From the IMG/VR virus record IMGVR_UViG_3300015615_000196, positions 192,001-256,000 of that record: a stretch of 64,000 nt of DNA; one strand, given 5' to 3'. The translations under genes were made by a program, and so were the position numbers. The notes under the pieces were generated by a model. The model did not search any database, was not told the DNA's origin, and worked only from the letters and a program-made list of their open reading frames with translations. The stretch is from a virus. Lineage: Duplodnaviria > Caudoviricetes. Shown piece after piece: positions 29,172 to 36,526 of this stretch; the first letter of the stretch is position 1, and the number at the start of each line of letters is the position of its first letter.

Positions 29172-32100
29172 AATCAGTAAATTCCTCAACGGCTCAAACG
29201 ACAAAGTCAAATATGTAGTAAACGTAGAGGCTTTCCCTTTTAGCAACTACGCCAACTGCATCATTCATGAGCCGGGGAAAGACCCACTAATTCATCGACA
29301 AAAATTTACGTCCTTCCTATACATGAAGGACTTAAAGAGATACGGTAAGACTCTTTACGGTGGACAGAAAGAAGCACTGGAAAGTCAGATGGAGAAATAC
29401 GGGATCAAACTCGAAATTCTTCAAACCGGAAATCACCCTCGAATGGTTGAGGGATACACAACAAAAATTTCAAGTTCCATTTCCTACACTGCCATCCAGA
29501 ACTTTTTAAAGGCTGGTGGTCTTGACATGTGGGAGAAAGATAAAGACGGGTCGATGCCAAACAAGCATCTTTTCTACACCCTTGCACTTGACGAACAATT
29601 TTTCATATCAACAGGTATTCGCCTTTACAAAGGCATTGAACAATATGCAGGTGTACATCGACTGATCTTCGACATTGAGACTACTGGATTGAGACCGTTC
29701 AGTAGTCGTGTCTTTTTGATCGGTATGCGTGACAACAGAAATTTTGAGACGATCCTGAAAGTCGCCAAAGAGAATGATGACGATGAAGAACGTATTTTGA
29801 TTGAGAAGTTCTTTAACATCATTGACAAATTAAAGCCAGCAATCATTAGTGGTTACAACTCGGAAGAGTTCGACTTTTTCTTCATCTTGGAACGTGCAAA
29901 GATTCTCGGAATTCTAACCGAAGATAAGAAAAATAGATTTTCTGCATTCATTGGCGAATTCAAAACGACACTTGATGATAGTCGTGATGATAACGGCAAT
30001 TTTCGTCACAAGATTTCACGTAAGCCTCACACCTCAGTAAAATACGGCAACACGACAGACTACTACACTGCAACCCAAATGTGGGGATACAGTGTAACGG
30101 ATATTCTTCATGCTGTGAAGAGAACGGCAGCTTTGAACACTGAAATCAAGAGTACAAAGTTGAAGTACATTGCAAAGTATGAAGACATTGCAAAACCAGA
30201 TCGTATGTACATCAAAGGTGAAAACATCTTTAGTACATGGAAAGAAAATAAGTTGTATATCACCAATCCTGCAACCAATGACTATGAGTTGATCCCTGAC
30301 GAATTTCAGGAGCAAGCAGAGAAGTTTTGGTATCTTCAATCGCAAAAAGAAAAAATTAGTGTTGAAGAATATAAGCAATTAAGAACACAAACAGTATCTG
30401 GAATGACACCATCATTCTACGATTGGCAGATTTCTAAAAAAACGGTGTATGGGGATAAGTACAAATTTCTGAATGGTATTGAGGTCGTGGAACGTTACTT
30501 GTTTGATGACTTATGGGAAACTGAGAAAATTGATAACCTTTACAGCCAGAGTTCCTTCCTGCTCTCAAAGATGCTCCCAACTTCATATGTTCGCGTGTCA
30601 ACAATGGGCAATGCATCAGTGTGGAATTTGCTTATGACAACGTGGAGTTACGAAAGAGGTCTTGCAATCCCCATCTGTGATAAACAAGAAAAATTCAGTG
30701 GTGGTCTTGCAAGATGTTATCGTAAAGGACTAAACAAACGAATTATAAAACTCGACTTCGCATCGCTTTATCCGATGTTACAGTTGACGTATGGCATTTT
30801 CCCTAAGTTTGACATTACAGGTGTAATCCGTAAGATGTTGTTGTATATGTCAACGACTCGTAACATTTACAAGAACCTTGCAAACGGTAAGCCACTAAAG
30901 GGTGATCAAGTTGAGTTGTTGAAATTGATTGATGAAGAAAGTTATGTGAAGTATGTGTCCGGTGAACCATTCAGTGCGGATGAAAAGAACAGCTTCAAAG
31001 TAAAACAGCTTCCTATCAAAATCATCAACAACTCATTGTTCGGTGCGTTGGGTTCAGCAGAAGCCTTCAATTGGTCTGACAATACCTGTGCTGCTGAGAT
31101 TACTTGTAGAGGACGCTTGCACTTACGTAAGATGATTGCATGGTACAAGAACTATGGTATGATACCATTGCTTGCAGTAACTGACGGTGTGAATTTTTCA
31201 TATCCAGAAAAATCAAATCTTACTGTTGAGGGTGTTGAATTACCGGAAGCAATACCAATTAAGGAAGCATGGCAATATGTGGGTGCGGATGGAAAGACCT
31301 ACGATGGTGTGAAAGCATTAGTAGAAAAATTCAATACCGATGTAATGCCTAAACCTTTCATGGGTGTTGATATTGATGGTACTTGGGAAAGTTCACTTAA
31401 TCTTTCGCGTATCAACTATGCTAATTTAACAGAAAAATCCACAGATAAAAACGGTAAACCTGTTGATAAGAAAGTCAAGTTGACTGGTAACACCATCAAG
31501 TCAAAGGTAATGCCGGAGTACATTGAAGAATTCATTGATAGAGGACTTCGATTGATTCTGGAAGATGACGGGGTGGGATTTGTTGACTATTACAATGAAT
31601 ATCTGGCAAAGATTTTTTACAAGCAAATACCGCTCAAGAAGATTGCAACCAAAAAGAAATACAAGATCACGGTGAATCAATATCGCAATAGAGGTGTTGA
31701 TAAAAATGGCCGTAAGAAAGCGAAGATGGCTTTTATGGAAGCAGTAATGATTGATCGTGACCAAATGGTCATGAAGCAATACAAAGAAATGTACGGAGAA
31801 GGAACCAACGTTGAGATTGACGACATGTATGATGCAGTTGCTCACGTAATACCGAATGAACCAGAAATGGATAGCTACATCTACTTTGTGAACGTTGGAA
31901 AGAAGAGAGGCCACAAGGATAGTTCCATGATGGACGATGGCAACGGTAATCAGGTTCTTTGTTCAAAAATTATCAATACGATTGACCTTGAGAACAATCC
32001 TGACATACTTGGTGAGTACAACGTAGATAAATACGTAGAGGCTTTCAACAAAAGAGTAAGCACGATTCTTGAGGGCTTTGATCCGAGTCTTAGAAAAATG

Positions 32101-32739
32101 ATCTTGGTGAAGAACCCTAAGAACTGTGAACAGTTTTCAGAAAGCGAACTTCAATTGAAGAGTTTCGCTGCTGACGACTACGATGCATCAATGGTACTTG
32201 AAGAAAAGGAACTGGATTTCTGGAACAGAACAGGTTTGAAGCCTTCGTCAATTTGGGATGGCTACAAGTTACCTGAACCAACTGCTCTGGATGAAATCAA
32301 CGAGTACTATGAGAAGATAAATGAACTGAATGAAAAGATGAAGAACAGTTCGAGAAAACAGAAAGTGATTTCTGTTAACGATGAACTGGTTGATGACTGC
32401 TTTGTACTGGCGAAGAACTACAACACGTATGATCTTTTCCACTACAAGGATAACATGTATACTGTAGTAAGAAGCAATATGTACGCTCCGCAACAAGGTA
32501 CTGAATACGATTTCTTTGAGGGTGGTCTTTCAAAGAAGATGATCGAATTCAAAAGAGAAATGGCGAAGAAGTTCAAGCAAGAATTTGGTTTGCCGGAAGA
32601 AAAGAAACTATCAACCATCGTAAACGATAAGGGAGAATTAAGAGGACTTATTATGTTTGAACAGTACATCAAGACTGAACTGGCCAAACTTGATAAGGAC
32701 GATGAAGAAGAAGAGGATTCAGACGAAGATGACGATTAA
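29143..32739 (+). CDS. polB: Family B DNA polymerase with 3'-5' exonuclease
   Basis: DIETTG, YNSEEFD, DFASLYP, KIINNSLFG and VTDG motifs. Confidence 0.95.
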   Translation: MTENLQIINEISKFLNGSNDKVKYVVNVEAFPFSNYANCIIHEPGKDPLIHRQKFTSFLYMKDLKRYGKTLYGGQKEALESQMEKYGIKLEILQTGNHPRMVEGYTTKISSSISYTAIQNFLKAGGLDMWEKDKDGSMPNKHLFYTLALDEQFFISTGIRLYKGIEQYAGVHRLIFDIETTGLRPFSSRVFLIGMRDNRNFETILKVAKENDDDEERILIEKFFNIIDKLKPAIISGYNSEEFDFFFILERAKILGILTEDKKNRFSAFIGEFKTTLDDSRDDNGNFRHKISRKPHTSVKYGNTTDYYTATQMWGYSVTDILHAVKRTAALNTEIKSTKLKYIAKYEDIAKPDRMYIKGENIFSTWKENKLYITNPATNDYELIPDEFQEQAEKFWYLQSQKEKISVEEYKQLRTQTVSGMTPSFYDWQISKKTVYGDKYKFLNGIEVVERYLFDDLWETEKIDNLYSQSSFLLSKMLPTSYVRVSTMGNASVWNLLMTTWSYERGLAIPICDKQEKFSGGLARCYRKGLNKRIIKLDFASLYPMLQLTYGIFPKFDITGVIRKMLLYMSTTRNIYKNLANGKPLKGDQVELLKLIDEESYVKYVSGEPFSADEKNSFKVKQLPIKIINNSLFGALGSAEAFNWSDNTCAAEITCRGRLHLRKMIAWYKNYGMIPLLAVTDGVNFSYPEKSNLTVEGVELPEAIPIKEAWQYVGADGKTYDGVKALVEKFNTDVMPKPFMGVDIDGTWESSLNLSRINYANLTEKSTDKNGKPVDKKVKLTGNTIKSKVMPEYIEEFIDRGLRLILEDDGVGFVDYYNEYLAKIFYKQIPLKKIATKKKYKITVNQYRNRGVDKNGRKKAKMAFMEAVMIDRDQMVMKQYKEMYGEGTNVEIDDMYDAVAHVIPNEPEMDSYIYFVNVGKKRGHKDSSMMDDGNGNQVLCSKIINTIDLENNPDILGEYNVDKYVEAFNKRVSTILEGFDPSLRKMILVKNPKNCEQFSESELQLKSFAADDYDASMVLEEKELDFWNRTGLKPSSIWDGYKLPEPTALDEINEYYEKINELNEKMKNSSRKQKVISVNDELVDDCFVLAKNYNTYDLFHYKDNMYTVVRSNMYAPQQGTEYDFFEGGLSKKMIEFKREMAKKFKQEFGLPEEKKLSTIVNDKGELRGLIMFEQYIKTELAKLDKDDEEEEDSDEDDD

Positions 32740-33016
32740 TTATTGCCATGTCAATCCTCAACGACTCAAACAGTTAAAATTCAAGCCAAGAGATTCAGGC
32801 GAAGAAGAGGACGATGACATGATATTCATTGTCAGAGTCTATGACGAAGACGGAGGGTCTTTCGTTGATTATTATTTTGATAATCACATATCACTCTACA
32901 TTTTTATGGATTCATTGGATGAAGCCGAAGTGGAGTATGATTTAATTGACGAAGACGGCTACATTATTGAAGAAGGAGACGATGAAGATTTCGTAGATGA
33001 TACGCTGCTTGATTAA
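32729..33016 (+). CDS. Small acidic hypothetical protein
   Basis: ORF 32657-33016; likely ATG at 32729; very Asp/Glu-rich. Confidence 0.6.
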   Translation: MTINYCHVNPQRLKQLKFKPRDSGEEEDDDMIFIVRVYDEDGGSFVDYYFDNHISLYIFMDSLDEAEVEYDLIDEDGYIIEEGDDEDFVDDTLLD

Positions 33017-33200
33017 TGCAACAAAACTCAAAAATTGGACACTCCGAAAAGAGAGAGAATTTTCTATTGTAATACACGATAGATACGGCTTATTCGGTGT
33101 GTATTTTATGTTGGCACAACTTCGTGTAGCGTACCCAACATTTACTCTTCGCATCTACGACAAGAATCATAACCTGATTGACACGTTTAGGAATGCATGA
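32997..33200 (+). CDS. Small hypothetical protein
   Basis: 67 aa; overlaps neighbours; N-terminal motif shared with flanking ORFs. Confidence 0.6.
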   Translation: MIRCLINATKLKNWTLRKEREFSIVIHDRYGLFGVYFMLAQLRVAYPTFTLRIYDKNHNLIDTFRNA

Positions 33201-33400
33201 TTTGTACGGTAAACATATCGAAGTTAAAAGCCGGATTGCATTATAGATCAGTCGAAGCACAACAAAGTCGCACCTATTGGGTTGAAGTGACGGGATTTAC
33301 TACCGATCAAGAAATTCACGAATATCTTAATAAGGTTTTAAAAAAATTCAGGTCTCGTCAATGGGGTTCAGGTGAAGAGATTAATATCCCAAATCGGTGA
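33197..33400 (+). CDS. Small hypothetical protein
   Basis: 67 aa; ATGA overlap with upstream gene. Confidence 0.6.
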   Translation: MICTVNISKLKAGLHYRSVEAQQSRTYWVEVTGFTTDQEIHEYLNKVLKKFRSRQWGSGEEINIPNR

Positions 33401-33419
33401 TGTAACTCACCGTATCCCC

Positions 33420-33428
33420 GTATTTATA
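33420..33428 (+). promoter_or_regulatory. Putative late promoter GTATTTATA
   Basis: GTATTTAT core ends 4 nt before ATG 33432. Confidence 0.65.
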
Positions 33429-33431
33429 GGT

Positions 33432-33803
33432 ATGAAAAAGAAGAAAATCATGGAAATTCTCGATTCCAATGAGGTAATCATTGGGTCTGATGATAAACCG
33501 CAGGTTGATCCTAATGCCCCTGCGCAAGCTGCTGGTACTACTGATCGTAATGCGAAAATGGGACACCAGCCGTTTGATGATAAATTTTGGGGTACGTTCG
33601 GATTCAGTCTGTACGAAGAACTGACGGAAGATCAGATGCTTCAAATTGCAGAAGATATTATCGCCAAGCGTACCGATAAGTCAATCAAACCAAAAAAAGA
33701 GGACAAGTCAGAAATAGTAAACAAGGTTGAAAGAATCAAGGAATTGTTTGCTGATTTGTCGGATACCGAAAAGGGTGATCTGATCAGCAAGTTAAAGAAG
33801 TAA
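33432..33803 (+). CDS. Hypothetical, putative head-packaged protein
   Basis: ORF 33372-33803; start set by the promoter motif; LYEELTE motif. Confidence 0.6.
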   Translation: MKKKKIMEILDSNEVIIGSDDKPQVDPNAPAQAAGTTDRNAKMGHQPFDDKFWGTFGFSLYEELTEDQMLQIAEDIIAKRTDKSIKPKKEDKSEIVNKVERIKELFADLSDTEKGDLISKLKK

Positions 33804-34618
33804 TGAATAGTCAATTATACGGTGAAGGAAGGCATTACAACATTCCGCGAGACATACTGGTCAGAATCCAATCAAAACTTTTCTCCAATCAAAGTGGAGG
33901 TAGTGAAGGAGCAAAGAGAGCCAAGAATCTTGTGAAGATGGGTTATTGCACATACCCAATGCTCAAGAGACTCAAGAATTTTTTCGACTACTGTGATCCC
34001 AAAGCACAGGCAGGACAATTTGAACTGGCAGGAGGTGAGCCAATGCGTCAATTCGTAGAGCGCACACTTCAATCAGAAAGAGCCAGAACAAACAACAACA
34101 ATCAAACCAACGTTGTATCAATGCCACCTTCGGCATTCGATCCAACATTGAATCTAAGCAAGACTCCGAGAATGAACGTGAACGAATCGGAGGTCAAAGG
34201 AAAGAAACCTCGTGGTGCTGTGGCAGTAATCGTCAACGAAGACGGTAAGGTGCTCATTGTAAAACGTTCTCCCAAAGGTGGCTGGATGCCCGGTAAACAC
34301 GCTTTAGTCGGAGGGGGAATAGAACAAGGGGAAGAACCAATTGATGCAGCCAAACGCGAAGTAATGGAGGAAACGGGGCTTAAATTGGAGCATTTCGTAG
34401 ACTCGTTCAACATCCTGACTCCCCCTGAAACTGTAGACTATGCATTCGTGGCAAAAGCCCCGGAAAAGTGTGATGTTGTCTTAAATGACGAGCATACTGA
34501 ACACGGATGGTACGGACTTGATGAAATTGAGAAGCTGGATGGCGTTCCGATGCTCAAGGACTGTGTCGAACTGGCACTAAATAAAATGAAGGAAAAGGGT
34601 ATTTATGGAAAGCGTTAG
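33803..34618 (+). CDS. NUDIX hydrolase with extra N-terminal domain
   Basis: Nudix box GGGIEQGEEPIDAAKREVMEETG; VNE linker between domains. Confidence 0.9.
   Translation: MNSQLYGEGRHYNIPRDILVRIQSKLFSNQSGGSEGAKRAKNLVKMGYCTYPMLKRLKNFFDYCDPKAQAGQFELAGGEPMRQFVERTLQSERARTNNNNQTNVVSMPPSAFDPTLNLSKTPRMNVNESEVKGKKPRGAVAVIVNEDGKVLIVKRSPKGGWMPGKHALVGGGIEQGEEPIDAAKREVMEETGLKLEHFVDSFNILTPPETVDYAFVAKAPEKCDVVLNDEHTEHGWYGLDEIEKLDGVPMLKDCVELALNKMKEKGIYGKR
34599..34606 (+). promoter_or_regulatory. Putative late promoter GTATTTAT
   Basis: At the end of the NUDIX gene, before a structured intergenic region. Confidence 0.55.
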
Positions 34619-34744
34619 TTGTGTTAAAGACTTCCGCTATGGAATGAAACGCAAAGGTGAGGTTTCGACCAATAGGATAATTATTTGCTATTATGGCAAA
34701 TGTTGGGGCACTCGCTAAATTTTTGTAAAAAAATGCATAACTAA
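34615..34744 (+). ncRNA. Candidate structured RNA / 5' leader
   Basis: 10-bp closing stem TTAGTTGTGT/GCATAACTAA with nested stems. Confidence 0.45.
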
Positions 34745-34773
34745 GAAATAATTTAATTAAATTTGTCAAAACT

Positions 34774-35034
34774 ATGCCAAAGCAAAATGGAAAAGAAATT
34801 GGTTTGTTAGCGTACAGTACATCGTTCTTGAATCGTGAGACTGTAAGAAACCGTTACAAAACAACTGACGAATACCGTGCTGGTCACCCTGATGCAAAGT
34901 CAGATGGTGATGAACTTGGTAAAGGAGAAAACAATGGACAAATTGGTGGTAAGACTGACATCGTTCAGAGAAAAGTTTCTCAAGCAAGAAACTTCTTCAC
35001 GCCAAACAATCCATACGATTCTTCAAAGGTATAA
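34774..35034 (+). CDS. Small hypothetical protein
   Basis: 86 aa ORF with A-rich upstream context. Confidence 0.65.
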   Translation: MPKQNGKEIGLLAYSTSFLNRETVRNRYKTTDEYRAGHPDAKSDGDELGKGENNGQIGGKTDIVQRKVSQARNFFTPNNPYDSSKV

Positions 35035-35061
35035 CCTTATTGATGGTGGAACTACATCATA

Positions 35062-35721
35062 ATGAGCAATGAGAAAAGGGTCATTATCGATACGAACGAT
35101 CTCAAACGACACGTTAAGAATTTTCGTAGCGAACCTAACCTGTTAAAAGAATGGGTTAGTCGTGACACTGTTGCCGATGCAATAAAGAACAAGGATGTAG
35201 TGTTCATTTACTATGCTGGTGACGACACAGTAAACAAAGGGTATCGTACAATCGAACCTTATGTGCTTGGTCGTACTAAAGCAGGTAATCTTGCCGTTCG
35301 TGCTTGGCAACAAGCAGGTGCTACGGACAGAGGACAAAATCCATCACGTAAAAATGACGAAATCCCCGGATGGAGATTATTCCGTTTAGACGGAATCACT
35401 TCAATGGTGAAGACTCTGAGAAAGTTTGAAGCTGATCCAGAGTATCTTCGTACCCATCGCCCACACTACAATCCAAAAGATTCTCAAATGGGAGAGATCA
35501 TTTTGGCTGTCGAACCAATGGAAAAAGGACAGACAACAATGAGTGGTGATACTTCGATTACGAAGCCAGATGTGAAGATCACACAGCCAACGGGATTCTT
35601 CAAAAATCAAGCGGACAAATTTAGAAATTTCTTTAGAAAGCCTTCCGACTTTTCAAGTTCATGGATCGAAAGTCAAAAGAGACTGTTCAAAGAATTAATT
35701 AAGCGTAAAAAGGAAGAATAA
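35062..35721 (+). CDS. WYL-domain protein
   Basis: IYYAG...RTIEPYVLG...VRAWQ...WRLFRLDGI. Confidence 0.8.
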   Translation: MSNEKRVIIDTNDLKRHVKNFRSEPNLLKEWVSRDTVADAIKNKDVVFIYYAGDDTVNKGYRTIEPYVLGRTKAGNLAVRAWQQAGATDRGQNPSRKNDEIPGWRLFRLDGITSMVKTLRKFEADPEYLRTHRPHYNPKDSQMGEIILAVEPMEKGQTTMSGDTSITKPDVKITQPTGFFKNQADKFRNFFRKPSDFSSSWIESQKRLFKELIKRKKEE

Positions 35722-35722
35722 T

Positions 35723-36511
35723 ATGCCTGAGCAACTCGTAAAATTCGATCTCAACAAATTAAAGAGCGACATCGATTCACGTAAGAAAGAACAGAACACT
35801 AAACAAGTAGTGTTGGGAAATGTGCCGGAAGGTGCAATCCAGAAGAAAGGAAAAAAACAATTCCTCAATGAATTGGTTACATCAATGCACACTGGTGTAA
35901 GAACCAGTGCAAGTGAAGCGATCAAAGCTGTTAATGAAACAGTTGAAATGAAGAAGGGTGCGCCACAAGCTGTTGCAAAAAACAACGCCAACAAATACAT
36001 CCCATCAAGAACAATCGTAAATGAAGAAGTTGCACCACAACCAATACAAAGAAGAACTGGTGCTGATGATTGGGGCATGGGAGGCAATGGTGCTCAACCA
36101 GATATGAGATATAGATCACAGGGCGATGAACGTGAAATGCAATTCGAAAATGCTTTCCAAAAACAAAACGCAGACTTTGATCAGATGATGATGGCGGGAT
36201 ATGCAAACAATCCGGCATACATGAAGATGATGCAAGAAAGAGGCCAGCAACCAGTACAATCGTACAAGCCTCAAGTTATTGCAGAAGGTTCGCTCAATGA
36301 ACAAGTTGAATTACTCAACGAGAAAATGGAGCGTAACATGGAGAAGTTGGTAGAGTCAACCTTCAAGAATGTTTTAACCAACATCTACACCAAAGAAAAA
36401 ATCCAAGAATCACTTGTAGAGTTCCTTCAAACCGATGAAGGTTTGAAAGTTGTAAGTCGCGCAATCAACGAAATTGCCAAGCGCAACAAGGCGAAACAAC
36501 AGGGAAAATAA
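35723..36511 (+). CDS. Hypothetical, putative head scaffold/internal protein
   Basis: 262 aa with many [ILV]xE motifs (LNE, VNE, IAE, LVE, IQE, INE). Confidence 0.6.
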   Translation: MPEQLVKFDLNKLKSDIDSRKKEQNTKQVVLGNVPEGAIQKKGKKQFLNELVTSMHTGVRTSASEAIKAVNETVEMKKGAPQAVAKNNANKYIPSRTIVNEEVAPQPIQRRTGADDWGMGGNGAQPDMRYRSQGDEREMQFENAFQKQNADFDQMMMAGYANNPAYMKMMQERGQQPVQSYKPQVIAEGSLNEQVELLNEKMERNMEKLVESTFKNVLTNIYTKEKIQESLVEFLQTDEGLKVVSRAINEIAKRNKAKQQGK

Positions 36512-36512
36512 A

Positions 36513-36520
36513 GTATTTAT
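36513..36520 (+). promoter_or_regulatory. Putative late promoter GTATTTAT
   Basis: 6 nt before ATG 36527. Confidence 0.65.
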
Positions 36521-36526
36521 CCCTAT

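Noticed and set aside
26879-32739. Intein or intron in helicase or polymerase
   Set aside because: No intein splice-junction or LAGLIDADG motifs seen, and reading frames are continuous.
33395-33412. CGGTGA-N6-TCACCG hairpin as a terminator
   Set aside because: No T-tract follows; function cannot be supported.
34615-34744. Firm call as c-di-GMP-I riboswitch or hammerhead ribozyme
   Set aside because: Only ACGCAAAG or GAAAC match; the GNRA tetraloop and CTGANGA core are absent.
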